A stretch of DNA of 64,000 nucleotides from NCBI GenBank assembly GCA_903910765.1, contig CAIWBA010000291.1, forward strand, positions 147,492 to 211,491. The letters run 5' to 3'. The DNA comes from an uncultured Bacteroidota bacterium. Its GTDB lineage: Bacteria; Bacteroidota; Bacteroidia; Chitinophagales; Chitinophagaceae. Shown piece by piece: positions 1-10,530 of the stretch. The notes under the pieces were generated by a model that made no database searches, was not told where the DNA came from, and was given only the letters and a program-made list of their open reading frames with translations. The translations under genes and the position numbers were made by a program. Every line of letters begins with the position of its first letter. Positions within the stretch are counted from its first letter, which is position 1.

Positions 1-29
1 ATTAGAATTAATGAATTAACCTAAAAACA

Positions 30-536
30 ATGAAACAATTACTTTTACTATTAACTGTAATATCGATTACAGCAAATGCGCAAACTCAGTTTGCTAAACA
101 CTCTCAACCAACCTTTGCTAAAGATACATTGCATCTATTATGTGATGATCCAATTGCCAAATTAACGTATCGTATTTGGACAACTGACTCTACATGGAAA
201 GGTATATACCCAACAATAGATTGGGTTACTTCTGACCAAATGAATCGGATTAAAAAGGCATATGCAAAAAATGAGATGATTAGAGATAAGTCAATTATTG
301 CAATAATTAATTCTCCAGGTACATGGATTGTATATGAAGATGGACGAGTTGAACCAGCTGGCAAAGAAAACCTAAACTACTTATTAGTTAAGGCTCAAGA
401 ATCTGGAAATCCAGCCTGTGTAATAACGGTTCCTACTGGAATGGGTTGTACATTACGTAAAACGGATAATGGCATTAAGTATAATTATGTAACTCTTAAT
501 ATAAAAACTAAATCTAAAAACAATGGCAGCAACTAG
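30..536 (+). CDS. Hypothetical exported protein with Sec-type signal peptide
   Basis: 168-aa ORF; MKQLLLLLTVISITANA|Q looks like a signal peptide with Gln at +1. Confidence 0.6.
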   Translation: MKQLLLLLTVISITANAQTQFAKHSQPTFAKDTLHLLCDDPIAKLTYRIWTTDSTWKGIYPTIDWVTSDQMNRIKKAYAKNEMIRDKSIIAIINSPGTWIVYEDGRVEPAGKENLNYLLVKAQESGNPACVITVPTGMGCTLRKTDNGIKYNYVTLNIKTKSKNNGSN

Positions 537-759
537 TACACATCCTGGAGATGTAGCAATTTGGATAGAAAAGGTAATTGACTCATGTCAAACATCAGAT
601 CATGAAAAGGTTGCACGCAAGTTAATTGATAATTTTGAAATTCAAAATAACTTTTTAGAAAGTTACCAAACTAGAAATCTTCGGTTTAAACTTGACCAAA
701 AAACAACTGATCGATTAGAAGCCAGAATAAAGGCAATAAAACTTACAACCTTTAACTAA
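523..759 (+). CDS. Hypothetical protein
   Basis: 78-aa ORF in a tightly packed co-directional run. Confidence 0.65.
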   Translation: MAATSTHPGDVAIWIEKVIDSCQTSDHEKVARKLIDNFEIQNNFLESYQTRNLRFKLDQKTTDRLEARIKAIKLTTFN

Positions 760-777
760 ATTTAAACCAACATACAT

Positions 778-1029
778 ATGACCACTGAAAAACAAGTAAG
801 CGATATTACTCATGGAATCGCAGCAGTTACAAAAGATGAAACTGACGGATCAATTTTTGTCTACCATTTTTGTGGATACTTTGAAGAACCTAGTGTAGCT
901 GATTTTGAATCATTAAGACATGAACTTGAAACTGATCCTGACTTTGGATTAGTAGATATGGAGTTTGACTTAATTTTAGCAACTGAAGAAATGATTAATC
1001 ACGTAAAAGAAGAAAATAATGGAAAATAA
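778..1029 (+). CDS. Hypothetical acidic protein
   Basis: 83-aa ORF in the same run. Confidence 0.65.
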   Translation: MTTEKQVSDITHGIAAVTKDETDGSIFVYHFCGYFEEPSVADFESLRHELETDPDFGLVDMEFDLILATEEMINHVKEENNGK

Positions 1030-1258
1030 AGAACTAAGCTTAATTGAACAAATTGCAAAAGAAGGTGCAATTCAAACTGTTCAAGCACTAGGATCAGCTC
1101 AGCAAATGGGCATGGTTGCTTCGCAAGAAGATTTAACTCGACTAATCCAGTCTGGAATGGAAGTCGTAATTGAAGAATACATCCAAAGAATTGAAAATCA
1201 ATCTAAAATTATATTAAATGAAGCTGGAAGTATTCGAAAAGATAATAACTCAAATTAA
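1019..1258 (+). CDS. Hypothetical protein
   Basis: 79-aa ORF overlapping both neighbours. Confidence 0.55.
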   Translation: MENKELSLIEQIAKEGAIQTVQALGSAQQMGMVASQEDLTRLIQSGMEVVIEEYIQRIENQSKIILNEAGSIRKDNNSN

Positions 1259-1589
1259 GAGTCAACAAGAACAAAGTCATAAGCTCTATCAGTTAGGCGT
1301 TGACTTAATGGAATATGAAGATGCATATGCAGCTACAATTACTTTGCTATTTAGAGCATATTATGGAAAAGATGGAGAAGATTGGATTTCGTGGTTTATT
1401 TATGAACGAGATGATGATTCAGACGATCCTAATCAAGCATGGGACAAAGATAATAATCCAATTTGTTATGATATTCCAAGTCTTTGGAAATGTGTAGAAG
1501 AGATTCGTTGCTCAACTGATTTTGTTGAGTACTCTATTGAGACACGTAAATTAGATATATTTAATTCAATTTTTGGAAGAACTACTTAA
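1218..1589 (+). CDS. Hypothetical protein
   Basis: 123-aa ORF with natural composition. Confidence 0.7.
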   Translation: MKLEVFEKIITQIKSQQEQSHKLYQLGVDLMEYEDAYAATITLLFRAYYGKDGEDWISWFIYERDDDSDDPNQAWDKDNNPICYDIPSLWKCVEEIRCSTDFVEYSIETRKLDIFNSIFGRTT

Positions 1590-1609
1590 TTTTTTAGTAT
1601 ATTAGCACT

Positions 1610-2068
1610 ATGATAAATTTCAATCAATCGAAAATAACTGAAGAGATTAATCGACTACACAGAGTTAAGAGATTTTCTCAAAGAGTAGCAATACGAATAA
1701 TCAGATCACTTGACTCAACTAGTAGAAAAACAAATACATATGATACTAGTGAACGCGAAGCGGCTAATGTTTTTAGAAAAATGATTAAGTTACCTCACAG
1801 TGAATTATTGATTAGTCCATTACTAAATAAACATTATGTTAAAAATGACGATAGTAATATTTTAATAATAATGGACCAGACTGAACTTACTGTAATTAAT
1901 CATGTATTTGGTTATAATATACAGTTATCTCCAAAGACATATAATGTATTATATGAGGCATTCGTTAGAGAAGTTGAAATTAGAAGAAATGAAATGGAAG
2001 AGAGCTTTAGAACAAATGTTAAACACTCATTAAAAACGTTAATTACAAAAATCGATGAACAAATATAA
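1610..2068 (+). CDS. Hypothetical protein
   Basis: 152-aa ORF. Confidence 0.7.
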   Translation: MINFNQSKITEEINRLHRVKRFSQRVAIRIIRSLDSTSRKTNTYDTSEREAANVFRKMIKLPHSELLISPLLNKHYVKNDDSNILIIMDQTELTVINHVFGYNIQLSPKTYNVLYEAFVREVEIRRNEMEESFRTNVKHSLKTLITKIDEQI

Positions 2069-2339
2069 TAAGCTATTCTTAAGTGGAGCAAGTGCACTGA
2101 TTGCACTAACAGTAATATTAGTTACAATATTGGTATTTGTAATAAGCAAACCATCATTTGCTAAAAAACCAAAAGACTCATTAACTGACCTAATTGATAC
2201 AGTTAAAATTGAAGTTCAGGTAATTAAGCATGATACTGTAAAAATAGAAAGTACCTGTAAAAAAAGACATTGTGAAACTGTAGTAATAACCAATCCAACT
2301 GTTTCAATATCAGATAGTATTAATAAACAACCTGAATAA
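2055..2339 (+). CDS. Membrane-anchored hypothetical protein
   Basis: N-terminal hydrophobic helix (LFLSGASALIALTVILVTILVFVI). Confidence 0.65.
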   Translation: MNKYNKLFLSGASALIALTVILVTILVFVISKPSFAKKPKDSLTDLIDTVKIEVQVIKHDTVKIESTCKKRHCETVVITNPTVSISDSINKQPE

Positions 2340-2341
2340 TT

Positions 2342-2971
2342 ATGGAAGTAAAAATGGCAAATAGCTTTTTCAAAAGCTTAGAAAAAATGGCTAACCGAGG
2401 ACGTTGGTATTGGAAGACTTGGGATTTTATAAGATATGACTTTCCTAAATTTTGTAAAAATATATGGCTGTTCCGTAAAGCACTATGGAATTACTCATGG
2501 TGGGCAGGTCAACACTCAGTGTTACCATTTATGAAAACTGCACTAGTTGATATGGCAATTACAATGGATGATCGTGGAAATGAAATAAAATCTTCTAGCT
2601 CAAAAAAAGTTGAAAAAATGTTACGCGCTGCAAAGTTAATGGAACATTTTATAGAAGAAAATTTTATTGAAATGGCTGAAGATGAATTAGGCGAAATCAT
2701 ACATCATCCTTTGGAATTTGAACCCGCAGAAACTGAAGGGTATGTTCAAATGGTAGATCAAGATACAGCAGAAGAAAAAGAACATAATCGAAAGGTATTT
2801 GACCGATCTCGTGAGATTGAAAAAGAAATGTGGGATGAGTTATGGTATATAATGAAAGGTCAAGACTATTCAAAATTTGAAAAAGCACCTGATGATATGG
2901 ATCATAATGAATCATATACTCATTTTGAATCACAAAGAGATGGATCTGGATTAAACACTTGGTGGGATTAG
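2342..2971 (+). CDS. Hypothetical protein
   Basis: 209-aa ORF, Trp-rich ends, acidic middle. Confidence 0.75.
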   Translation: MEVKMANSFFKSLEKMANRGRWYWKTWDFIRYDFPKFCKNIWLFRKALWNYSWWAGQHSVLPFMKTALVDMAITMDDRGNEIKSSSSKKVEKMLRAAKLMEHFIEENFIEMAEDELGEIIHHPLEFEPAETEGYVQMVDQDTAEEKEHNRKVFDRSREIEKEMWDELWYIMKGQDYSKFEKAPDDMDHNESYTHFESQRDGSGLNTWWD

Positions 2972-2998
2972 AATTTAAAAAATAAGAAATAACTATAT

Positions 2999-4978
2999 AT
3001 GGCAAAGCAAAACAACAAAACTGGAAAAACACCAATGCTCGATTCATTTGGTAAAGACCTAACCCAACTTGCACTAGAGGGTAAATTAGATCCAGTAGTT
3101 GGACGAGAAAAAGAAATACGTAGATGTAGTCAAATCTTAGCACGTAGAAAGAAAAACAATCCTCTCCTAATTGGAGAACCTGGAGTTGGTAAAACTGCAA
3201 TCGTTGAAGGCCTTGCTAAAATGATTATTGAAAAAACCTGTCCACGAGTTCTGTTTGATAAAAAGATTGTAACTCTTGAATTAGCAAACTTAGTAGCTGG
3301 TACTAAATACCGAGGCCAATTTGAAGAACGAATGGAACAGATAATAGATGAGGTTCAACAAAATCCAAATATTATTGTATTCATTGATGAAATTCATACC
3401 CTAATTGGAGCTGGTTCTGCGAGTGGATCATTAGATGCTGCAAATATCCTGAAGCCTGCACTAAGTCGTGGAGAGATCCAGTGTATTGGAGCAACAACAC
3501 TAGATGAGTTTAGAGGTTCAATTGAAAAAGACGGAGCACTAAATCGTAGATTTCAACAGGTAATGGTTAACCCATCTACTCTTGAACAGTCAAGACAAAT
3601 TATTGAAAATATCCGATCTAAATATGAAGACCATCATTCTGTTAAATATACAGATGAAGCACTAGATGCATGTGTTGCATATAGTGATCGATATTTACAG
3701 GACAGATTTTTACCAGATAAAGCAATTGACTTAATGGACGAGGCTGGTGCAGCAGTTCATATAAATGGAGTAGTTGTTCCGGATACAATTAAAAAATTAG
3801 AAGATAAATTTGTTCAAGTAAGTGCTAAAAAACAAAAAGCAGTAGACTCTCAACAATATGAAGCGGCTGCTAAACTTAGAGATGATGCCCTTAATGTAAT
3901 GAAAGATATTGATGATGAAAAACTTAAATGGGAAGAATCATTAAAAGTTAACAGATTAACTGTATCTGAAGAAGATATTGCAAATGTTGTTGCTATAATG
4001 ACTGGAATACCAGTTACTAGACTAAAAGGCTCTGAACTTGAAAGATTATCAACCATGGCTAAATGGTTAAAGGAAAGAGTTATTGGTCAATCTGAAGCAG
4101 TATCTAAATTAACAAAAGCAATTCAGCGATCAAGAGCAGGACTTAAGTCTAAAAACCGACCAATTGGTACATTCATGTTTTTAGGACCAACTGGTGTTGG
4201 TAAAACTGAATTAGCAAAACAGTTAGCAAAGTTTATGTTTGATACAGATGACTCCTTAATCCGAATTGATATGACTGAATTTGGAGAGAAATTTACCTCT
4301 TCAAAATTAATAGGAGCTCCTCCAGGATATGTTGGTTATGAAGCTGGCGGTCAATTAACTGAAAAAGTAAAACGTAAACCCTACTCAGTTATCTTATTAG
4401 ATGAAGTTGAAAAAGCTCATCCTGATATTTTCCATACCTTATTACAAGTATTAGATGAAGGTCATATGACTGACGGTCTTGGAAGAAAAATTGACTTTAA
4501 GAATACTGTAATTATAATGACGTCTAATTTAGGAGTTAAGGAATTACAAGATTTTGGAGGAGGTATTGGATTCTCATCATCAACTTCATTTGAGCAGCAA
4601 AAAGAATTGGCCTCTGGTATCCTAAGAAAAGCAGTTAGTAAACAATTTGCTCCAGAATTTATTAATCGATTAGATGATATTATTATATTTGAATCCCTAA
4701 AGAAGGAGGATGTTGCTCAAATAATTGAGGTTGAATTGCTAGATCTATACTCAAGAGTCAAAGATAATGGCTATACTGTTGAATTAACAAAATCGGCAAA
4801 GGAATTCTTAATTGAAGCTGGTTATGACCATAAATTTGGAGCTCGTCCATTAAAACGTGCAATTCAAACCCATGTTGAAGACCTTATTGCTGAAGCATAT
4901 ATTGATGGTAAAATTAAAGATGGAGATCACTTAGTGATTAACCATAAATCTAAAGATAACAAATTAACAATTAAATAA
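2999..4978 (+). CDS. clpC: ClpC-type Hsp100 AAA+ ATPase lacking the N-terminal Clp-repeat domain
   Basis: Two AAA+ modules ([14 protein letters not shown]; [17 protein letters not shown]), short UVR-like middle domain (AAKLRD), GIGF loop, [10 protein letters not shown]. Confidence 0.92.
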   Translation: MAKQNNKTGKTPMLDSFGKDLTQLALEGKLDPVVGREKEIRRCSQILARRKKNNPLLIGEPGVGKTAIVEGLAKMIIEKTCPRVLFDKKIVTLELANLVAGTKYRGQFEERMEQIIDEVQQNPNIIVFIDEIHTLIGAGSASGSLDAANILKPALSRGEIQCIGATTLDEFRGSIEKDGALNRRFQQVMVNPSTLEQSRQIIENIRSKYEDHHSVKYTDEALDACVAYSDRYLQDRFLPDKAIDLMDEAGAAVHINGVVVPDTIKKLEDKFVQVSAKKQKAVDSQQYEAAAKLRDDALNVMKDIDDEKLKWEESLKVNRLTVSEEDIANVVAIMTGIPVTRLKGSELERLSTMAKWLKERVIGQSEAVSKLTKAIQRSRAGLKSKNRPIGTFMFLGPTGVGKTELAKQLAKFMFDTDDSLIRIDMTEFGEKFTSSKLIGAPPGYVGYEAGGQLTEKVKRKPYSVILLDEVEKAHPDIFHTLLQVLDEGHMTDGLGRKIDFKNTVIIMTSNLGVKELQDFGGGIGFSSSTSFEQQKELASGILRKAVSKQFAPEFINRLDDIIIFESLKKEDVAQIIEVELLDLYSRVKDNGYTVELTKSAKEFLIEAGYDHKFGARPLKRAIQTHVEDLIAEAYIDGKIKDGDHLVINHKSKDNKLTIK

Positions 4979-4979
4979 G

Positions 4980-5249
4980 ATGAATATATTACGTCCAATA
5001 CTTTTTATAATAGGTACAGTGTTTTTAGCATCAGGCATCTTAATCTATGTTGTAAAATATGAGAAATCTAAAAATGCAGAAGGTGTTAGCCATATGCAAC
5101 AAGATATACCAATGCACCTAAAAACTGTTGAAATTAATAAATTAACTGATGAAGTTGGCCATGGTCTCTATCGTTTACAACTTGATGATAGTACAACTAT
5201 CCTATTATATAGAGGAGTTGAATCCTGTTCAATGATTCAACTTAAATAG
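4980..5249 (+). CDS. Small membrane protein
   Basis: N-terminal transmembrane segment, 89 aa. Confidence 0.6.
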   Translation: MNILRPILFIIGTVFLASGILIYVVKYEKSKNAEGVSHMQQDIPMHLKTVEINKLTDEVGHGLYRLQLDDSTTILLYRGVESCSMIQLK

Positions 5250-5308
5250 TGAAATTCGGCAGTTTCAATAGATCTGCCAGATAAATAATCAAAAATATCC
5301 ATATACAA

Positions 5309-6202
5309 ATGGGAAAATTTGGCAAAAATAAGCTTCCAAAATTCATGGAAACTCCTGATACACGAATGGGATCTAATCCTCACATCCAGGAGGACACTCT
5401 CGGTGATATGTTACATCCACAAATAGTATCTATGTCTGATCATGGAGATGATCATGCAATGATTATAATTAGAACCAAGGACGGCGAAGAGTTAGAGCTT
5501 CAGTTTAACTATGATGGAGAAGGTTTATTAACTGCTCAACACGGCGAACATGAATATTCTATTCCAGTAGAGGTTGACTATACTGAGACTTCTGAAGTTG
5601 ATGAAAAACTTAAAGGTAAACAAAAGAATCTAGATAAGAATCATAATGGAAAAATTGATAAAGAAGATTTTAAATTACTTAATAAGTCTAAAAAAGAGGA
5701 ATCAGGTAAAGTTGCTGAAACATTTGAAAGTTTTGTAAATGAGTGCTGGACTCCTATGGAAGAAGGTTATAATATTGCGATGTCTGAACCAGCAAAGCGT
5801 GCAATTAAAGCACTATGTGAAGAAGTTTTAATTCAAGAAGCTCAAAGATGTGATGAAGATGCTGATCCAATGCATACTTATGAAAATTACCTAAACGAAT
5901 GCGGGTCATATATGACTGAATGTATGATGGAAGCAGCAGCTAGCGTACCAATAACTGAATCAGAACATCCGGTTTTAAATAATGAGCTAACTAGCTGGCT
6001 TACTAGTACTTTTGGACCAAATACCAAAACTGGGACATTTACATCAAATGGGTCAGATATTACTTTTATGGGAACTGCTCTTAATGGTAAACCTATCTCT
6101 AAAATTTATCCAAAGCCAATTAAGATTGGAGTAAATACCATGACTAATACTAAAGGGACCTGGAAAAGAGAGTTATCACAAATAATATTCACTACTGCCT
6201 AA
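5309..6202 (+). CDS. Putative internal head protein with EF-hand-like loop
   Basis: Late-promoter-like GATAAATAAT at 5280; DKNHNGKIDKED loop; internal TFESFVNE motif. Confidence 0.6.
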   Translation: MGKFGKNKLPKFMETPDTRMGSNPHIQEDTLGDMLHPQIVSMSDHGDDHAMIIIRTKDGEELELQFNYDGEGLLTAQHGEHEYSIPVEVDYTETSEVDEKLKGKQKNLDKNHNGKIDKEDFKLLNKSKKEESGKVAETFESFVNECWTPMEEGYNIAMSEPAKRAIKALCEEVLIQEAQRCDEDADPMHTYENYLNECGSYMTECMMEAAASVPITESEHPVLNNELTSWLTSTFGPNTKTGTFTSNGSDITFMGTALNGKPISKIYPKPIKIGVNTMTNTKGTWKRELSQIIFTTA

Positions 6203-6223
6203 TTTTACAAATCAATATAATAG

Positions 6224-6250
6224 AAAAGCTCGAGTAATCGGGCTTTTTTT
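6224..6250 (+). terminator. Intrinsic terminator with GTAA tetraloop
   Basis: AGCTCGA-GTAA-TCGGGCT-TTTTTT. Confidence 0.8.
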
Positions 6251-6268
6251 ATTTGGCTTGTATCTAGA

Positions 6269-6277
6269 ATAAATAAC
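6269..6277 (+). promoter_or_regulatory. Late-promoter motif ATAAATAAC
   Basis: Exact motif 4 nt before the ATG; recurs before many late genes. Confidence 0.65.
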
Positions 6278-6280
6278 CAT

Positions 6281-6553
6281 ATGGATATGCACAATTCAAA
6301 AATGTCATCTGGTGAAGTTACGGTTCCAGCAAGTTCGTTTAGTCAACAAACCGACCGAAATATTCAACCTAGCCCAACTGGAATTAGTATGGGTGGAATA
6401 CCAACACATTGGTTATCAAGTGCACCTATTTCTAGACGTGATATGACTGCTAATACAACGCCGCTTGGATCAAATCCACGAAATTATAAAGTTCTTAGAT
6501 TTGATGAATATCATTCTGGTAAATACCAAGAAGACCAAGAAATTAATAAATAA
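6281..6553 (+). CDS. Hypothetical late protein
   Basis: 90 aa after ATAAATAAC; C-terminal KVLRFDEY motif. Confidence 0.6.
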   Translation: MDMHNSKMSSGEVTVPASSFSQQTDRNIQPSPTGISMGGIPTHWLSSAPISRRDMTANTTPLGSNPRNYKVLRFDEYHSGKYQEDQEINK

Positions 6554-6567
6554 CAAAAACAATTACT

Positions 6568-6933
6568 ATGAGTAACAAAATTTTAAATTTTAAAGAATTT
6601 ACAACTGGTGGAAAGCTAAGCGATCCAAAGACTGCAACTAAGGTAGATGCAGCAGATTCAGTTAAAAAGGAGAAGTCAATTGATCAAGTAAAAAGAGCTG
6701 ACCTAACTCATCCTAAGATTACACTACCAGACTATTCAAAAACAGTTAAGAATCCAGTAATGGAAGGTATAATTGAAGATACTAATGTTAAAATTGATGA
6801 TCTTAAACTTCAACTATCTAAATTGAATCAGGCTGACTCAACGTATTTACAAAAGAAACGTGATATTGATGCTCAGATTGCTACATTAACTAAAGCAATT
6901 GAAGATGCGGCTAAATTAGCTGTAACAAAGTAA
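6568..6933 (+). CDS. Putative internal head protein
   Basis: N-terminus MSNKILNFKEFT; ATAAATAAC at 6546; C-terminal coiled coil. Confidence 0.6.
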   Translation: MSNKILNFKEFTTGGKLSDPKTATKVDAADSVKKEKSIDQVKRADLTHPKITLPDYSKTVKNPVMEGIIEDTNVKIDDLKLQLSKLNQADSTYLQKKRDIDAQIATLTKAIEDAAKLAVTK

Positions 6934-6946
6934 AAAAATTAACTAA

Positions 6947-7687
6947 ATGACTTTAGACGAATTAATATTAGACGTACAGAATGAATTGACATTTGCTAAA
7001 GCATTGCCATATTCTATTCCTGAACAAGAAATTAAGCGTATTATTACAATTGCTGAAAGATATTTTTATGATAATTGGAAACATTCAGTTGAGCCACGAT
7101 ATCTACTAATACCAAACTCAGTATTTAGTAATCCAGCATTTAAAACTGACCGTTCAATTCAATTACCTGACTGCGTAGGATTTGTACATAATGTAATGGA
7201 AGCAAAAGGCGGAGCCTCAATGTTTGGAACAATGGATTTGGATTTTGCAGATAATAAATTTATTGGATCAGAAATGTTCCTAACTCCATTTATTGGAGAG
7301 TCAATTATGTATCGTACCGTTATATTTTCATTCCTTGATCTAGTTAAAGGTTTTACAATTGATACATTTGCATATGACTATAATAAGAATACACGAAAAT
7401 TAGCAATTCTTGGAAGAACTCCAAAAGGTTCTCAAATGGTAGTTCATATTGCTAAAAAAATTCCAGCTGATGATCTATATAATGATGAAGTATTTCAAAG
7501 ATATGTTAGAGCAAAAGCAAAATTAAGACTTGGTGATCTACTTACTACCTTTGACTATAATTTACCAGGTGGAATAAAACCAAATTATGCAAACTTAGTA
7601 ACTAAAGCCGAAGCTGAATTAGCTGGAGTTATGGAAATGATGAAAAGTGAAAATACTGCCGACTTCTTGTACTTTGCAAGATGGTAA
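6947..7687 (+). CDS. Probable neck / head-tail adaptor protein (T4 gp13-like)
   Basis: Size and C-terminal helical pattern (QRYVRAKAKLRLG...LPGGIKPN...KAEAEL) resemble gp13-type adaptors; structural context. Confidence 0.6.
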   Translation: MTLDELILDVQNELTFAKALPYSIPEQEIKRIITIAERYFYDNWKHSVEPRYLLIPNSVFSNPAFKTDRSIQLPDCVGFVHNVMEAKGGASMFGTMDLDFADNKFIGSEMFLTPFIGESIMYRTVIFSFLDLVKGFTIDTFAYDYNKNTRKLAILGRTPKGSQMVVHIAKKIPADDLYNDEVFQRYVRAKAKLRLGDLLTTFDYNLPGGIKPNYANLVTKAEAELAGVMEMMKSENTADFLYFARW

Positions 7688-7694
7688 TTAAGAT

Positions 7695-8081
7695 ATGATT
7701 CAACCAATAGGAAAAGACCTCTACTTAAGAGCACCAGGAGATCCAAATTATCAAGAAGGTATATTGGAATCAAATGACTCAATTGAAAATGCCCTTCAAC
7801 AAATCAGAATGGTATTATTAACTCGTCCTGGAGAAGTATTAGGCGAAGATCTTGGATTTAATGCTGAGAAATATCTATTTGAATTTGAATTTTCAAGCCT
7901 TGATGATATGGAAAAGGATGCAAATGCTCAAATTAATGAATACGTCCTATTTTCTAAACCTTATCAAATTACTGCATCTGGATTTACAATGGAAGATATT
8001 GGAGATCCTTATAAAGTTGGATTAGGATTAGATATTAAAATAGATGGTAAATCTGCATTTGCAACAATGTTTGATCTTTAA
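7695..8081 (+). CDS. Baseplate wedge protein, gp25-like
   Basis: QQIRMVLLTRPGEVLG..DLGFNAEKYLFE matches the gp25 fold signature. Confidence 0.75.
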   Translation: MIQPIGKDLYLRAPGDPNYQEGILESNDSIENALQQIRMVLLTRPGEVLGEDLGFNAEKYLFEFEFSSLDDMEKDANAQINEYVLFSKPYQITASGFTMEDIGDPYKVGLGLDIKIDGKSAFATMFDL

Positions 8082-8102
8082 TTAATCTAACCAATATTAA
8101 AT

Positions 8103-8132
8103 AAAAAAGCGAAGTTTTATCTTCGCTTTTCT
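8103..8132. terminator. Bidirectional terminator
   Basis: AAAAAAGCGAAG-TTTTAT-CTTCGCTTTT between convergent gp25 and portal genes. Confidence 0.8.
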
Positions 8133-8160
8133 TGTTTATATTAAAATATGATAATTTATA

Positions 8161-9840
8161 TTATAATTGACCCTTTGTTCCGACTTCTGATGAAGTTTCT
8201 CCAGTAGGGGCTGCAGGAGCTCCAGCTGGGGCAGCAGGTCCTCCACCGGCAGAAGGTCCTCCACCAGATCCAGCAGCAGCTTCTGCCGCTTGACCAAATG
8301 CTGCTAAGTAATTACGATTCTTTTCAATATCCTCATCACTTAATTTTAAATATTCTTTAATTAAGTATTCAGTTGAGAAATATGGTTTGTTTTCATCATC
8401 TACTACAGCTTTCATTGAGTTAAGGGTAGCAAGACGTTTATTTAATAACTCTTGATTCTTAATTTCTTCAAATACATTATCATCATGCCATACCATACCA
8501 ACTGCATTTGCAAATTTATGGTCAGATTTAAGATCTTTAACATCTAAGCACATTTGTAAATAAAGAGGTTTTGTTATTAACTCTTTGTATGCAGAACGTA
8601 AACGTTTTACAAATTTATTGTATCTGATCTCTTCTCTTGAAATACCTTCTGCATTCATAGTATATGCACCTTGACCTTCAGACCAACGTGAATAAGGTAA
8701 TTTAGAGTCAAGCTTTAATTTATCATGGAAGTACTTTAATAATTCTGAACCTGATAAATTTGGTCCAGGATATTCAAGAGCTTCAATCTCAATTTTCTCT
8801 CCACGATCATTTACTGGAAGAACATAATTTTTATAGAATAGAATATTAGGTTTTCCATCAACACTTAATTCTCCAGTAGAACCATCAAATGAAATATCTT
8901 CTTTTAAGGTATTTGTAAATTCTCTAACGTCTTCTTTGGCTTTTTGCATTGACTTTGTTCCAACTGGAACAGTAGTCTTTAAGCGAATTGGAGCATTCAT
9001 TGTATGCCAAATAACTTTAGAGTGCTCAATTAAACGCAATAGGTTAAATGATCTAACTAGTCTCTCAACAAAACTTACTCGTTTCGTCCTGAATTCATTT
9101 GAGTATGAAATATAGATTATCTGAGAGTCAGTTAAAGTACGATTCATTTTATTTAAAGGATCACGCTGCGCCCATTGTAGATAGATCAGACCGGCTGAAT
9201 CCTTTTTAACTTCTGGGTAAAGAGTAGAAGGATCTAATTCCTTAAACCCAATAATATCTTTTGGGTTAGTTAAGTTATCATAGATAATTTCAAACGCTAA
9301 ATGTCCTTCAATTAACCATTGATAAAAATATTGCCATGCAGAAATACCACGGTCAAAACTCCAAGCACTATAAATCTTTTCAAAATTTTCACGGTACTTA
9401 TCAATTACCTTTTCTTGATAGTTAAGTCTCTCTTCTTTATTCTTACCTCTGTAATTAATTTCTCCAAGAAGATCATTTGGATAACAGAATCGGTTATCTT
9501 CGTCATATACAATTGCATCATCAGTAATTGTCTCAATAATAAATTCAATTTCGCCGTTTGATGCAAGATCACGAAGACGTTCTCTTTTTTGAACATAGTC
9601 TAATTGAAAGAATGCAATTGACTTATTTTTTAATGATGAGGTTGTATCTGATAATGCAAGAGTTGCTCGCATTAGGTCATCTCCCATTGCATTGTTAAAT
9701 CCAGTCATTTGACCTTCAATGTATCCGATTGCCTGTGAGTTTTTTACCAAAAGGTCGTCGTACTTCATACCAAAACGGCTTAGAGCGGTTAAACCTGATC
9801 TAAGTCCTCTTAACGGATTACTATCTAAAAAGCCAGCCAT
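8161..9840 (-). CDS. gp20: Portal protein (T4 gp20-like)
   Basis: WLIEGHLAFEII, RAP-like NAPIR, EDISFD, LKYFHDKL..DSKLPYSRW, ISREEIRYNKFVKRLR. Confidence 0.9.
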   Translation of the reverse strand: MAGFLDSNPLRGLRSGLTALSRFGMKYDDLLVKNSQAIGYIEGQMTGFNNAMGDDLMRATLALSDTTSSLKNKSIAFFQLDYVQKRERLRDLASNGEIEFIIETITDDAIVYDEDNRFCYPNDLLGEINYRGKNKEERLNYQEKVIDKYRENFEKIYSAWSFDRGISAWQYFYQWLIEGHLAFEIIYDNLTNPKDIIGFKELDPSTLYPEVKKDSAGLIYLQWAQRDPLNKMNRTLTDSQIIYISYSNEFRTKRVSFVERLVRSFNLLRLIEHSKVIWHTMNAPIRLKTTVPVGTKSMQKAKEDVREFTNTLKEDISFDGSTGELSVDGKPNILFYKNYVLPVNDRGEKIEIEALEYPGPNLSGSELLKYFHDKLKLDSKLPYSRWSEGQGAYTMNAEGISREEIRYNKFVKRLRSAYKELITKPLYLQMCLDVKDLKSDHKFANAVGMVWHDDNVFEEIKNQELLNKRLATLNSMKAVVDDENKPYFSTEYLIKEYLKLSDEDIEKNRNYLAAFGQAAEAAAGSGGGPSAGGGPAAPAGAPAAPTGETSSEVGTKGQL

Positions 9841-9855
9841 ATATTATTAATTTTA

Positions 9856-10521
9856 TTATTTTATTTCAAAGAGTGAAAAACTTGATCGAGCCGATATCAT
9901 TTTATCGGTTGAATAGTTTGCTAAGTGTAATTTAGGAACATCATCCCAGTCTATTAATGACAAATTTCGCATCTTTTCTCTATTGTATTTATTTACCAGA
10001 AGATTGAATTTAATATCGGGTAAACCAGATACAGCTTTAATAAAGTCTAAGTTGACTCTATAGAATGCAGAAAGTTCACTCATTCTGAGTCTCTTCTCAA
10101 TATCAATTAAGGTTCCATCTGAGTAGCACCTATCCAAAATAGTTGCAACCTGTTTAAGGTACATTCGGATAAATTTCTTTCTTAATGGCTGTGACATTAG
10201 TTTAATATTAAGTCCAAAACCGTCAGTACTTAGTGCCAAAAAGATTGGGCGATTATCATAAAATGGTTTTTTAACTTTAGGGTATCGTTCAATTAGGGAG
10301 TCTTCTCTAGCTGATGGATTTTTCATCATTTCATATTCGTCCCAAGTTGGAACCTGGTCTGGACTAATTATATCAAGTTCTAAATGTGTATAAAAATGAC
10401 CTGGCATTAAAAAGGTCTTTGATGTGTTAGTGTTAGAACCAAATACGTGATTTGGGTTTGGACTAAAATCTGGATCTGTGCCATTTTGATAAAAGTCCTT
10501 TAATATCTCTAATTGATTCAT
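9856..10521 (-). CDS. Possible DNA end protector (T4 gp2-like)
   Basis: MPGHFY...PFYDNRPI...GLNIKLM...LRKKF pattern; adjacent to the gp4-like gene. Confidence 0.45.
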   Translation of the reverse strand: MNQLEILKDFYQNGTDPDFSPNPNHVFGSNTNTSKTFLMPGHFYTHLELDIISPDQVPTWDEYEMMKNPSAREDSLIERYPKVKKPFYDNRPIFLALSTDGFGLNIKLMSQPLRKKFIRMYLKQVATILDRCYSDGTLIDIEKRLRMSELSAFYRVNLDFIKAVSGLPDIKFNLLVNKYNREKMRNLSLIDWDDVPKLHLANYSTDKMISARSSFSLFEIK

Positions 10522-10530
10522 TTATATCTT

